A stretch of 64,000 nucleotides of DNA from an uncultured Syntrophales bacterium (GCA_964650385.1 CAZYTP010000002.1:5302-69301); one strand, 5' to 3'; counted from the stretch's first letter, positions 1 to 9,496 are shown. Notes: generated from the sequence alone by a model not told the origin. Numbers and translations: made by a program.

Positions 1-1
1 T

Positions 2-310
2 GCTTCGAATATTGCAAACATAGATACCCCGAACTATACATCCAAGGACGTCGTTTTTAAAAAAGAATTGGATGATTTGATGGGAGGGAACAACACGATG
101 GAGATAGCCAGTGGTAATGAAAGACATTTACCTGTAACAATTGGCTCGTTTGATGCCGGTAACGTTGAAGTAGTCGATACGGGTAAAAAAGTTGATATAG
201 ATCAGGAAATGGGCAAGCTGGCCGAAAATCACCTCATGTATAATCTGACGGTCGATCTACTGGCAAGAAAATTTCGAGGTCTAAATACTATGCTAAGGGA
301 GGCCAAATAA
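2..310 (+). CDS. flgB: Flagellar basal-body rod protein FlgB (5' end cut by window edge)
   Basis: The frame is open from base 2 (ASNIANIDTPNYTSKDVVF..., the rod-protein N-terminal NxANxxTPxY motif) and continues into ORF-track 68..310. It is followed directly by flgC-fliE-fliF. Confidence 0.85.
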   Translation, partial: ASNIANIDTPNYTSKDVVFKKELDDLMGGNNTMEIASGNERHLPVTIGSFDAGNVEVVDTGKKVDIDQEMGKLAENHLMYNLTVDLLARKFRGLNTMLREAK

Positions 311-736
311 ATGGATTTTTCCAATTCTTTCAAGATTTGTGCGTCAGGTTTTGCTGCACAGAGGGCAAAAATGGACGTTATTATTTCAAACCTTGCAAAT
401 ATCAATACTACAAGGACGCCGGGAGGGGGCCCATACAAAAGAAAGATAATGGTTTTTACGTCGGAGCCCATAGAGGGCAGCTTTAATGACGTCCTGGGAG
501 AGCATTTACAGCTCGTTAAGGTGAAAGAAATTGCCGAGGACAGGGAGTGTGTCAAAAAAGTGTATGAACCGGGGCATCCCGATGCCGATAAAGACGGTTT
601 TGTAACCATGCCCGACATCAATTCAATTATTGAGATGTCTGACATGATCATGGCTAACAGGGCGTACGAGGCATGTGTGACCGTATTTGATGCGGCAAAA
701 AACATGGCGCTCAGGACATTGGATATCGGCAAGTAA
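311..736 (+). CDS. flgC: Flagellar basal-body rod protein FlgC
   Basis: 141 aa. AAQRAKMDVIISNLANINTTRTPGGGPYKRK at the N-terminus and MIMANRAYEACVTVFDAAKNM at the C-terminus are conserved FlgC signatures. The ATG abuts the flgB stop. Confidence 0.95.
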   Translation: MDFSNSFKICASGFAAQRAKMDVIISNLANINTTRTPGGGPYKRKIMVFTSEPIEGSFNDVLGEHLQLVKVKEIAEDRECVKKVYEPGHPDADKDGFVTMPDINSIIEMSDMIMANRAYEACVTVFDAAKNMALRTLDIGK

Positions 737-768
737 ATTAAAAAATATACGGAAAGAGGATTTCAAAA

Positions 769-1068
769 ATGAGCGATCTCGCAGTCCGACCAGATAGTAT
801 TATCCAAACATTAGCTACACGGAATTCAAATATTGCAGATGGCACTAAAAATTCTTTCGGTGATGTCTTGAAGGAGATGGTCAGTGAAGTTAACAAAACT
901 CAAATAGACGCTGATAAAGCAATTGCGAAGGTTGAACTTGATAATTCGGCAAGCATTCATGAGGCGATTATCGCGCTGGAAAAGGCCAACATTTCATTTA
1001 GAACGATGATGCAGGTAAGAAACAAGATTGTTGACGCGTATCAAGAAATTATGAGGATGCAGGTATAA
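769..1068 (+). CDS. fliE: Hook-basal body complex protein FliE
   Basis: 99 aa. FGDVLKEMV...SIHEAIIALEKANISFRTMMQVRNKIVDAYQEIMRMQV matches the FliE C-terminal consensus. It lies between flgC and fliF. Confidence 0.9.
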   Translation: MSDLAVRPDSIIQTLATRNSNIADGTKNSFGDVLKEMVSEVNKTQIDADKAIAKVELDNSASIHEAIIALEKANISFRTMMQVRNKIVDAYQEIMRMQV

Positions 1069-1108
1069 GTGGTAACAGGATATTACGGAAGGGGATATGT
1101 AATCTAAA

Positions 1109-2692
1109 ATGCAATTTTTTAACCAGCTCTTACATGGATTTAATGCACTTGCACCCTCGAAAAGGATAGCCGTTATTTTGTCTGTTATCCTCAGCCTGGT
1201 GTTAATTGGTCTTATGGTCGTTTTGATGAATCAGAAAGAGTACAGGGTGCTGTTTTCAAACCTTCCAGAAGACGATGCCGGGAAGATAATTGCCCGTCTA
1301 CAGGAGAAACATATTGTCTACAAGCTGTCACCAGCGGGGAACTCTATACTTGTTCCTGCCGGAAAGGTTTCTGAATTGAGGCTTGATATGGCATCATCGG
1401 GGTTGCCGCAAGGCGGGGTAATCGGGTTTGAAATTTTTGACAAAAAAAGTTATGGCGTAACCGACTTTGTGCAGCAGTTGAATTATCAAAGAGCACTCCA
1501 GGGAGAACTCGCTCGAACGATTAATAGTTTAGACAGGGTTCAATCAAGCAGAGTCCATATCGTCATGCCAAAGAAATCTCTTTTTGTTGGGAAAGAAGCG
1601 AAACCAACGGCGTCGGTTTTTCTTAAATTAAAAGGCGGTGGCGGATTAGCACAATCCCAGGTCGACGGAATAGTACATCTGGTGTCCGGTAGTGTCGAGG
1701 AACTGCAGCCCGAAAACGTGATGGTTGTTGATAGCAAAGGAAGAGTGTTCTCTAAAACACAGTCCGGATCAAAGATTGCCAGGAGGACAACGTCACAAAC
1801 AGAGTATCAAAGTAATGTGGAGCAAGAACTTTCTATCCGGATTCAGTCAATGTTGAAAACTGTAGTGGGAGAAGGTAAGGTTATAGCGAAGGTTTCTGCG
1901 GCGATTGATTTTCGTGTTATGGAAAAGACGGAAGAAATTTACGATTCCGAGGAGCCTGCGGTGAGAAGCAGGCACCGAAGAACGGAACTGTCGGGTCAAC
2001 CTGTATCAGGGGGGGGACAAAGTACGGTTGCCCCGGCCTCAAGAACGACAGGCGTATCACTTGGCGCGAAGAACGAAAGAACAGATGAAGTGGTCAATTA
2101 TGAAATAAACAGGACCATTAGCAAAACGGTGATGCCGGTAGGAAGCATTAAAAAACTGTCTGTTGCCGTTCTCGTGGACGGGGTATATTCAAAAAATGAT
2201 AAGGGAGTTGAGGAATACCAGCCTCGATCAAAAAAAGAAATGGTGACGATGGAGGACATAGTCAGAAAATCTATTGGTTTTGATGCGGGAAGAGGTGATC
2301 AAGTTGTTATTTCTTCTGTTCCTTTCAAAAAAATAGAAGCGGAACAAATAGTGCTTCCCGAAAAGTCCTGGAAAAGCAAATTAGGCATGTTCGTTCCCAT
2401 ATTGAAATACGTTGTTTCATCGGCTGTAATTATATTTATTATAATATTTGTTCTTCGTCCTATGCTCAAGTCAATACTTCAAAGGGGTGAAGAGCGCATG
2501 GTAATGACCGGTGGTACTCTGTCACCTGCAAGCGGCCAAATAGGCACGGGAACTGCGGAATTGTCGCTTCTTGGTGGGGGGCAACAACCCGGCGTTGAGG
2601 CCGAAGTGCCGGAAGAGGTGCAAGCTATAAAAAGATTTGCGAATGTTGATGATGAGGGATTTACGGATGTAATAAAAGACTGGCTGAAGTAG
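1109..2692 (+). CDS. fliF: Flagellar MS-ring protein FliF
   Basis: 527 aa. N-terminal TM (IAVILSVILSLVLIGLMVVLM), ring-building region (YRVLFSNLPEDDAGKIIARLQE, LPQGGVIGFEIFDK, SRVHIVMPKKSLF) and a C-proximal TM (VSSAVIIFIIIFVL). Confidence 0.95.
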   Translation: MQFFNQLLHGFNALAPSKRIAVILSVILSLVLIGLMVVLMNQKEYRVLFSNLPEDDAGKIIARLQEKHIVYKLSPAGNSILVPAGKVSELRLDMASSGLPQGGVIGFEIFDKKSYGVTDFVQQLNYQRALQGELARTINSLDRVQSSRVHIVMPKKSLFVGKEAKPTASVFLKLKGGGGLAQSQVDGIVHLVSGSVEELQPENVMVVDSKGRVFSKTQSGSKIARRTTSQTEYQSNVEQELSIRIQSMLKTVVGEGKVIAKVSAAIDFRVMEKTEEIYDSEEPAVRSRHRRTELSGQPVSGGGQSTVAPASRTTGVSLGAKNERTDEVVNYEINRTISKTVMPVGSIKKLSVAVLVDGVYSKNDKGVEEYQPRSKKEMVTMEDIVRKSIGFDAGRGDQVVISSVPFKKIEAEQIVLPEKSWKSKLGMFVPILKYVVSSAVIIFIIIFVLRPMLKSILQRGEERMVMTGGTLSPASGQIGTGTAELSLLGGGQQPGVEAEVPEEVQAIKRFANVDDEGFTDVIKDWLK

Positions 2693-2695
2693 TCT

Positions 2696-2743
2696 GGCCG
2701 GGAGCGCACCCGTAAGCCCCGCCTTGTAGGCGGGGAGCTTCAC
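2696..2743. repeat. GC-rich hairpin repeat, family A, copy 1 (fliF/fliG spacer)
   Basis: GGCCGGGAGCGCACCCGTAAGCCCCGCCTTGTAGGCGGGGAGCTTCAC. The core CCCCGCC-TTGTA-GGCGGGG forms a 7-bp GC stem. Near-identical copies occur at 18742-18790 and 17391-17440, and inverted at about 14585-14634. Confidence 0.85.
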
Positions 2744-2775
2744 TTAAAACAGTGTGTGGGGGGATTTGTTCCAAC

Positions 2776-3780
2776 ATGACAAACCAGGAGAAGGCGGCCA
2801 TAGTATTGATGACTTTGGATGAAGAAGTTGCGGCCCGTATAGTACGGAATTTGGGCCCCGATGAGATTAAAACATTGGGATTGCATATGAATCGGCTTGG
2901 GAATGTAACCAGTGAGGAGATACAGCGTGCTGCCGGTGATTTTTGTATGCTTGCCAAAGAATACGGTAAAACCGGTATTTCATTCGGCGGCGGTAATATC
3001 AGAAGCATACTGGTAAAAGCAGTGGGAGAAGAAAGGGCGGCAAAGGTCATGCAAGGCATCCAGAACGAAACCTTTAAACCCTCTGTCAATCCGATTATTG
3101 AAAAACTAAGGGATATTGAGCCGCAGATAATTTTGGATTTTACTAAGGCTGAACATCCACAGACCATTGCTTTGATACTTGCGCATCTCCGGCCGGAACA
3201 GACGGCTAATATCCTTGAAAACCTTTCCGATAAGGTGCGGATAGACGTTGTGAGAAGAATGGCGACACTTCAAAGTGTTCCACATGATTTTATAGATGAT
3301 ATGGCGAAAACCCTTGAATCCGAACTCATCACTGGTTCAACAAGTGAACAGCATTTCGGTGGCGCTGATATGGTGGCGGACATTCTCAATAAAATGAACA
3401 GGGCGAGTGAAAGCGCAATTTTAGAGTTGCTTGATGAGTCACACCCGGATTTGGCAACTGACATTAGAAACCTTATGTTTACCTTCGATGATATGTTCGA
3501 TCTTGATGACAGGAGCATGCGGGAGATTCTGCAGCAAATAGATGGAGACGATTTGACCCGCGCATTGAAAGTGGTTGATGAGGACAGGAGAGAGTTGTTT
3601 TTCTCAAATATGTCAAAGCGCGGAGCGGAAATGCTTAAGGACGATATCGATATAATGCCGCCGACACGGTTATCCGAAGTTGAGGAAAGTCAGAGAAAAA
3701 TCATAGAAGTGGTGAAGAGATTGGAAGGAGAGGGCAAGATTCAGATTTCGAGGGGAGACGAGGGAGATACCTTTGTTTAA
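2776..3780 (+). CDS. fliG: Flagellar motor switch protein FliG
   Basis: Start placed at ATG 2776 (MTNQEKAAIVLMTLDEEVAA, the canonical FliG N-terminus); the ORF-track start is GTG 2752. Middle and C-terminal torque domains are present (EHPQTIALILAHL, MFTFDDMFDLDDRSMREILQ). Confidence 0.95.
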   Translation: MTNQEKAAIVLMTLDEEVAARIVRNLGPDEIKTLGLHMNRLGNVTSEEIQRAAGDFCMLAKEYGKTGISFGGGNIRSILVKAVGEERAAKVMQGIQNETFKPSVNPIIEKLRDIEPQIILDFTKAEHPQTIALILAHLRPEQTANILENLSDKVRIDVVRRMATLQSVPHDFIDDMAKTLESELITGSTSEQHFGGADMVADILNKMNRASESAILELLDESHPDLATDIRNLMFTFDDMFDLDDRSMREILQQIDGDDLTRALKVVDEDRRELFFSNMSKRGAEMLKDDIDIMPPTRLSEVEESQRKIIEVVKRLEGEGKIQISRGDEGDTFV

Positions 3781-4378
3781 GAAAGTCATAAAAGCAGAGA
3801 ATGTCAGGTTGATTGAATCTGCGGAAGCGGCATCAGAAAAATTGGTTTACGATGCTGTGGAATCCGAGGAAAAAAAACGGATATCAGATACGCAAGAAGC
3901 GTGCGAAAGAGAATTTTCAAAGGGATTGGAGGAGGGGACCAGTCGAGCTAAACAGGAACTTTATTCTGCATATAATGCTGTTGAGAAGTTGATTGAGGAA
4001 CTGAGAGTATTGAAGCAAAATATGTGGGAAGAATCGGAAAGTGAAGTACTCAAACTGGCATTACTTATAGCAGAAAAAATCATTTACAGGGAGATATCTC
4101 TCGACCAGGATATTATTATAGGTGTGTTAAAGGATGCCGTCGGATATATTAAAGATAAAGAAGAGATGAAGATCAGGCTAAACCCAAAGGATTATGATTA
4201 TATTATCGATGTTAAACCGGATCTTTTAAGTAATTCCGGCGCAACAGTGAATTTTATCTTCGAGAAAGATGAACATATTCAACCGGGTGGAGCTGCCATT
4301 GAAACGCTCCATGCAGAGGTTGATGCAAGGATTGAGCATCGATTTAAAAAAATGCGAGAAGCTTTGGGTGCTTCGTAA
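3773..4378 (+). CDS. fliH: Flagellar assembly protein FliH
   Basis: 201 aa. The TTG start overlaps the fliG stop. The C-terminal half (LKLALLIAEKIIYREISLDQD...RLNPKDYDYI...IQPGGAAIETLHAEVDARIEHRF) is FliH-like. It lies upstream of fliI. Confidence 0.8.
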   Translation: MFKKVIKAENVRLIESAEAASEKLVYDAVESEEKKRISDTQEACEREFSKGLEEGTSRAKQELYSAYNAVEKLIEELRVLKQNMWEESESEVLKLALLIAEKIIYREISLDQDIIIGVLKDAVGYIKDKEEMKIRLNPKDYDYIIDVKPDLLSNSGATVNFIFEKDEHIQPGGAAIETLHAEVDARIEHRFKKMREALGAS

Positions 4379-4390
4379 TAGTTGTTTGTC

Positions 4391-5716
4391 ATGAATACAA
4401 AACTTGCAAAATATCACAGGATAATCGAATCGATAAATCCGATCAGCATTTACGGTAAAGTAAGTGATATTGCCGGACTCTTGGTAGAGGGGCATAATTG
4501 CGGTAGTTCGATAGGGGAGATGTGTCGAATTTATTCCAACGGTGGCAACGACTCAATCTCGGCTGAGGTTGTGGGATTTCGAAACGGCAAGGGCCTTATG
4601 ATGCCGATTGAAAACATTCAAGGAATCGGGCCTGGATCAAAAATCTTTCCCATGGGGAAAAAAGCGGATGTGAAAGTAGGAAGCGGTCTTTTGGGAAGGG
4701 TTATCGATGGTCTCGGTATGCCGATTGACGATAAGGGAGCTGTCGAGTGTGATGATGAGTATCCGATTTATGCCGAAGTGATAAATCCTATGAAGAGAGG
4801 CAGAATAAGGGAACCGATAGATCTGGGTGTAAAAGCTATTAATGGATTGCTAACTTGCGGAAAAGGCCAGAGAGTGGGCATTTTTTCCGGTTCCGGTGTA
4901 GGCAAAAGTGTTCTTCTCGGTATGATGGCCCGGCATACCAAAGCGGATGTGAATGTCATTGGCCTTGTCGGAGAGAGGGGTAGAGAGGTTCGTGAGTTCA
5001 TAGAAAATAATCTCGGAGAAGAAGGGCTGAAGCGTTCCGTTGTGATAGTTGCCACACCGGATGCTCACCCGTTGATACGGATGAGGGCGGCATATGTCGC
5101 GACAGCAGTATCCGAATATTTCAGGGATCAGGGAATGGATGTTTTGCTTATGGTTGATTCCCTGACACGATTTGCTATGGCGCAGCGGGAGGTGGGACTT
5201 TTCCTCGGAGAGCCACCGACAACAAAGGGCTATACCCCGTCTGTGTTCAGTCTTATTCCAAAGTTGATTGAGAGAACGGGAAATATCGAAGCCGGCGGAA
5301 GCATAACCGGTCTATATACAGTGCTCGTGGAAGGTGACGACTTTAATGAACCGATTTCCGATTCCGCACGGTCAATTCTTGACGGTCATATAACGCTCAC
5401 TCGGGATCTGGCTTCAAATAATCACTATCCGGCCATCGATATTCTCCAGAGTATAAGCAGGGTAATGACTGATGTCGTGGATGATGACCACAGTAGAAGA
5501 GCAGGTGAAGTATTAAGTGCTGTGTCTACTTACAGGAAGGCGGAGGACCTCATAAACATCGGCGCTTATGCCAAGGGCAGTAGTTCAAAAATCGACTTTG
5601 CGATACAAATGATAGACAAAATCAATGCGTTTCTGCAACAGGATGTTAATGAAAGAGTGAGTTTTGAAAAGACAAAGGAACAGCTGTTGTCCCTGCTGGA
5701 GGAGTCGGTTTCTTAG
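4391..5716 (+). CDS. fliI: Flagellum-specific ATPase FliI
   Basis: Walker A GSGVGKSVLLG, GERGREVREF, and Walker B/catalytic region MDVLLMVDSLTRFAMAQREV. ATG 4391 is preferred over the ORF-track TTG 4382. Confidence 0.95.
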   Translation: MNTKLAKYHRIIESINPISIYGKVSDIAGLLVEGHNCGSSIGEMCRIYSNGGNDSISAEVVGFRNGKGLMMPIENIQGIGPGSKIFPMGKKADVKVGSGLLGRVIDGLGMPIDDKGAVECDDEYPIYAEVINPMKRGRIREPIDLGVKAINGLLTCGKGQRVGIFSGSGVGKSVLLGMMARHTKADVNVIGLVGERGREVREFIENNLGEEGLKRSVVIVATPDAHPLIRMRAAYVATAVSEYFRDQGMDVLLMVDSLTRFAMAQREVGLFLGEPPTTKGYTPSVFSLIPKLIERTGNIEAGGSITGLYTVLVEGDDFNEPISDSARSILDGHITLTRDLASNNHYPAIDILQSISRVMTDVVDDDHSRRAGEVLSAVSTYRKAEDLINIGAYAKGSSSKIDFAIQMIDKINAFLQQDVNERVSFEKTKEQLLSLLEESVS

Positions 5717-5877
5717 ACACAACCCGTTCGGTTAAGAGTAATTCTTTCTCCCCGTACGGGATAGCTGGGTTGGGAAGGCCAAGAGATTATTGAAGAATAT
5801 CCGCATTTCAAGAAGGGAGATTTCTTGGGAGTATTTGAGTGGTAGATAGGGTGCTTCGTAAACAGAAATGATGGGTT

Positions 5878-6324
5878 ATGTTTAATTTCAAATTGCAGCC
5901 GGTTTTGGATTACAGAAAGCAGGTGGAGGAAAAAATCCTGTCCGAATTAGCTGAGATAAAGAGATGCCTGGATTGTGAAGTGAATAAATTAAAAAAAATA
6001 CAGGAAGAACGCCGGCAGGAGATAAATGACCTGGAAGAAATGGGCAATGGTAGACTTCTTAATCCCGTGGATGCTTCGCTGTGCAGCGGCCGCATCGTGT
6101 ATTTAGCCTGTTGCGGTGACAGACAAAAAGCGGTTATCGGTGCCATCGAACAGGAACATGAAACAAAGAGAAAGGAACTTGTAGAAGCCCTAAAAAAAAG
6201 GAAAATTATGGATATAATTCGGGGAAAAAAGCTCAAGGAATATAATTCTGAAATCAGCGGAAAAGAAGAAAAGACTCTGGACGAACTTGGAGGAATACAA
6301 TATAACAAGGGTGTAAGACATTGA
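5878..6324 (+). CDS. fliJ: Flagellar export protein FliJ
   Basis: 148 aa, all-helical and charged. The N-terminus FKLQPVLDYRKQVEEKILSELAE is typical of FliJ. It lies after fliI. Confidence 0.7.
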   Translation: MFNFKLQPVLDYRKQVEEKILSELAEIKRCLDCEVNKLKKIQEERRQEINDLEEMGNGRLLNPVDASLCSGRIVYLACCGDRQKAVIGAIEQEHETKRKELVEALKKRKIMDIIRGKKLKEYNSEISGKEEKTLDELGGIQYNKGVRH

Positions 6325-6929
6325 AAAAACTTGTCATAATATGTGAAATTGCCATAATTGTCATAGTCTTGGCAAAAATTGTCACATTTGGGGATGTTAT
6401 GTTTCGTTCTGATGCCGTAGATAGATGTCTGTCAACCAACAGCGCATTTGCGGATACTTCTGATGATGCCATTAAGAAAGCCCGGATGGCAGATGTATCT
6501 GAGGACAGTCTGCTAAGGGAAAGAAAGTTATTAAAATCACTCATGGAGCAAAAGAAAAGTCTCGATGTTAGAGAGCAAAATCTGAAAAATGCAGAAACAA
6601 ATCTTGCCACCCTGAAACAGGAAATTATATCGCGCATTGATGAATTACGCGAGTTAGAGGGAAGATTGTCTGTTCTTGTCGCATCGATCAAGGAAGTTGA
6701 AGAAGAGAAGTACAAAGGGCTGGCAAAGATTTACGAATCTTTCCCCCCTGCGCATGCGGGATCCATGCTGGAAAAACTGGATAAGGAAACGGCCGCTGCC
6801 ATTATCATGAACATGAAGAGTAAAAAAGCCGGGGCCGTATGGGAGCATATGAATTCCAAGAAGGCGGTGGAAATAACCAGAGAAATTACCAACATCCAGC
6901 TATCATCTCAAAAACCCAATGAGCCCTAA
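6321..6929 (+). CDS. MotE/YlxF(FlbB)-like flagellar protein with MgtE-N-like C-terminal region
   Basis: 202 aa. N-terminal TM, coiled coil, then FPPAHAGSMLEKLDKETAAAIIMNMKSKKAGAVWEHMNSKKAVEITREI. It occupies the ylxF slot between fliJ and fliK of the Bacillus-type order. The TTG start overlaps the fliJ stop. Confidence 0.55.
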   Translation: MKKLVIICEIAIIVIVLAKIVTFGDVMFRSDAVDRCLSTNSAFADTSDDAIKKARMADVSEDSLLRERKLLKSLMEQKKSLDVREQNLKNAETNLATLKQEIISRIDELRELEGRLSVLVASIKEVEEEKYKGLAKIYESFPPAHAGSMLEKLDKETAAAIIMNMKSKKAGAVWEHMNSKKAVEITREITNIQLSSQKPNEP

Positions 6930-6949
6930 GAGTCTGTCATGACAGGCTC
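6930..6949 (+). other. 20-nt near-perfect palindrome GAGTCTGTCATGACAGGCTC right after the stop codon
   Basis: Read directly from the sequence. It contains abutting TGTCA/TGACA half-sites and lies about 130 nt upstream of the sigma-54 -24 element at 7080. It could be an RNA hairpin (no T-tract) or an activator site. Confidence 0.3.
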
Positions 6950-7079
6950 TATGCACGAACGGTTTTCAGATCGGAAAAAACTTCTTTCTTTTCCCACCAT
7001 CGGGCATTATTTGCCTCATATTTAACACCTCTGAATCGTCACCCAGCTTAACATCTTGATATTATAGAGCTTGTGCTTG

Positions 7080-7095
7080 TGGCATGTCTTTTGCT
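7080..7095 (+). promoter_or_regulatory. Sigma-54 (-24/-12) promoter upstream of fliK-flgD-flgE
   Basis: TGGCATGTCTTTTGCT fits TGGCAC-N5-TTGCW with GG-N10-GC spacing. It lies 44 nt upstream of the fliK ATG. Confidence 0.65.
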
Positions 7096-7138
7096 CATTT
7101 CTTGTTTCAAAAACAAAAACTCCACGGATAAATAATAG

Positions 7139-8797
7139 ATGAACACATTATGCAATATGCTGAACGGAGAGGGTGGTAAACTCAATAACCTTCTCGGTTC
7201 AGAAAAGAAGAGCGGGTGTAAAACCGGCGTAAACGGCAAACAGAAGAAGCTTGATAATGTGCCGGATCATCAGTCGCTCTTTTCTCATATGCTCGGGCAT
7301 ATCATGGCAACTGATGGTAAGGGCCATGCAGAAAAAACCCGTCACGGCTTGGCTGCTCTGTTAGAAAATAGCGATTCAGGCAGTCAAAAAGAGACGTTGT
7401 CTCAGGCGGGAGGGGCAGAAAAGGACAATACTTTTCTGATTGGCAAAGATAAAGCCGGGAAAGCCGCATTGGGCAAAGAACCCTGGATCAATTCAATCCT
7501 CACAGGTGGGGAAGAAAATAAAACGACACTACGTGTCTCACCTCATGATCTGAAAAGTAACAATGGCAAGTCAATTAATCATATCAATGCTTCGGATGTT
7601 GGTGAGTTCGTGAAGAATATGAAAGGTGATAAAGGTAATGTTGTGATGCCGTTTCAGCATAGCGGCGCGGGTCAACTGAGCGACGAGGAGATCATCCAGA
7701 CTTTAGAAAAACTGGGGCTTGACAAAAAACAGATTACTGCCCTTTTGTCGATGAAGCCTTCGGACAAGGATTCGATGGGATATCGATTTAAAGAGTCGGG
7801 CGGTATCCAAAAGACAGTGGCAGGTATGCTTGGATATGTGGAAGACAAGCAGAAAGATACACCGTTAAAGGATGGAAACAAACAGGTTCATAGCGAAAAC
7901 AAAAAAGGTCAGGCCATCCCATCCGATGACTTAAAGGGCGATCTTTTAAAAGAGAACCGTAACACGGCAGATAACAAAGCTGTAAAAGAGATAAAAACCC
8001 GGGCTGAAAGTTCTGTTTCGAAAGTCCATACAGGGGATAAGGGTGAATTTGCGGTCGAAAAAGATTCACCTAAGCGAACAAATCCGCAAAACATATCGGG
8101 ACCTCGGGATAATATGATGTCTGCTAACCAGGAACAACACGTCAAAAAGGTTTCGGTTTTTGGCGGAAGCGAACAGGGGGCCAGTGGTGACGGTGACAGA
8201 AACGGTCTTGAGGAGCGTGATTCAGGCGCTCAGAAGACGAAGGCATTAAACCGGAACCCCCGATTTTCGGAAATGAGGCAACAGGCAATAACACAGGCTG
8301 GGTCGCCTTCAACTGGCATAGATAAAAATAATGATCGGTTCGTCGTCAGGCCAAGCAATATAATAAATCAGGTGGTGGATGCTTCGGGGAAGAAACTGGG
8401 GAAAGGTTTCGGACGGATAAAAATTACACTGAACCCGCCGCATCTCGGATCGGTCGACATGGACGTTCTCGTCCGGGACAATAAAGTGCATGTGATCCTG
8501 AGAGCGGAACACTTGGACGTCAAACAACTGTTGCAGTCAAATACCGAACAGCTGAAAACAGCTCTCAATAATCAGGGGTTGGCGGCGGATAACATCAGTG
8601 TTTCCGTTCAGGAAAGGACGGAGGATAGTCCTTTTGAATTAGGGCAGGATTCTACTCTTTTCGACGGAAACCAGGCAAAGAACGGAAAAAATGCAAATGA
8701 AGAAAAAGGAAATGATCCTTCCGACCAGGTGTCCACCGAGATAAATGAACAGGACGTACATGTTCAATCGAATGGAGAGATCAGTTTATTCGTATGA
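7139..8797 (+). CDS. fliK: Flagellar hook-length control protein FliK
   Basis: 552 aa. A long low-complexity K/G/S/D-rich N-terminal region, then the C-terminal Flg_hook-type domain (IKITLNPPHLGSVDMDVLVRDNKVHVILRAEHLDVKQLLQSNTEQLKTALNNQGL). It lies before flgD-flgE. Confidence 0.8.
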   Translation: MNTLCNMLNGEGGKLNNLLGSEKKSGCKTGVNGKQKKLDNVPDHQSLFSHMLGHIMATDGKGHAEKTRHGLAALLENSDSGSQKETLSQAGGAEKDNTFLIGKDKAGKAALGKEPWINSILTGGEENKTTLRVSPHDLKSNNGKSINHINASDVGEFVKNMKGDKGNVVMPFQHSGAGQLSDEEIIQTLEKLGLDKKQITALLSMKPSDKDSMGYRFKESGGIQKTVAGMLGYVEDKQKDTPLKDGNKQVHSENKKGQAIPSDDLKGDLLKENRNTADNKAVKEIKTRAESSVSKVHTGDKGEFAVEKDSPKRTNPQNISGPRDNMMSANQEQHVKKVSVFGGSEQGASGDGDRNGLEERDSGAQKTKALNRNPRFSEMRQQAITQAGSPSTGIDKNNDRFVVRPSNIINQVVDASGKKLGKGFGRIKITLNPPHLGSVDMDVLVRDNKVHVILRAEHLDVKQLLQSNTEQLKTALNNQGLAADNISVSVQERTEDSPFELGQDSTLFDGNQAKNGKNANEEKGNDPSDQVSTEINEQDVHVQSNGEISLFV

Positions 8798-8824
8798 TGT
8801 ATAACAATCAGAGGAGGGTAAAAA

Positions 8825-9472
8825 ATGAGCAGTGTTACTGAAGTTGGAAGCAGCAGCAATTCAATTGATTTAGTTCAGAACAATACTATGGGTAAGGATG
8901 AGTTTTTCAAGATGCTTATCGCCCAGCTACAAAATCAGGATCCGCTCAACCCGATGGATGGTACCGATTTTACGGCACAACTTGCCCAGTTTTCCAGTCT
9001 GGAACAGCTGGCCAATGTGAACTCAAACCTTGAAGCGGTTACGGCGTATCAGAAGCTTATGAGCGGTGTTCAATCAATTGACCTGATCGGAAAAGAGATA
9101 ACCGCCGAAGGAAATACCGTTAAGGCCAGCGGGAGCTCGGTCGATATTGTTTACAATCTACCGGAGGATGTTTCCAAAGGAACTGTAAGTATATTTCAAT
9201 CAGACGGGACTCTCGTAGAGACAGTTGAATTTGGACAGCAGGAGGAGGGGATAAACTCGGTTAGCTGGGATTGCGGTTCTGTGGAAGAGGGAATTTATAC
9301 TTTTGAGGTATCGGCCACCAATGCGGAGGGAGATTCTGTCGAGGTGGACACATTGATCAAGGGACAGGTAACGGGGGTGATTTTCCGGGATGGGCCATAC
9401 GTTATCGTGGATGATGAGGAAATTTCCTATTTAAGCGTGAAAAGCGTTAAAGACAGTGATTCAGTTTTATAA
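8825..9472 (+). CDS. flgD: Hook capping/assembly protein FlgD
   Basis: MGKDEFFKMLIAQLQNQDPLNPMDGTDFTAQLAQFSSLEQL is the conserved FlgD N-domain, and the C-terminal part is a beta-rich FlgD Ig-like region. Confidence 0.9.
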   Translation: MSSVTEVGSSSNSIDLVQNNTMGKDEFFKMLIAQLQNQDPLNPMDGTDFTAQLAQFSSLEQLANVNSNLEAVTAYQKLMSGVQSIDLIGKEITAEGNTVKASGSSVDIVYNLPEDVSKGTVSIFQSDGTLVETVEFGQQEEGINSVSWDCGSVEEGIYTFEVSATNAEGDSVEVDTLIKGQVTGVIFRDGPYVIVDDEEISYLSVKSVKDSDSVL

Positions 9473-9496
9473 TATTAAGGCAAGGAGGTAAGGGAA

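Noticed and set aside
5717-5877. Unusually long (160 nt) fliI-fliJ spacer containing the short palindrome CCCGTACGGG.
   Set aside because: It holds no copy of the repeat families, no promoter-like match and no ORF. The hairpin is too short to interpret. It is noted only as unexplained spacer.
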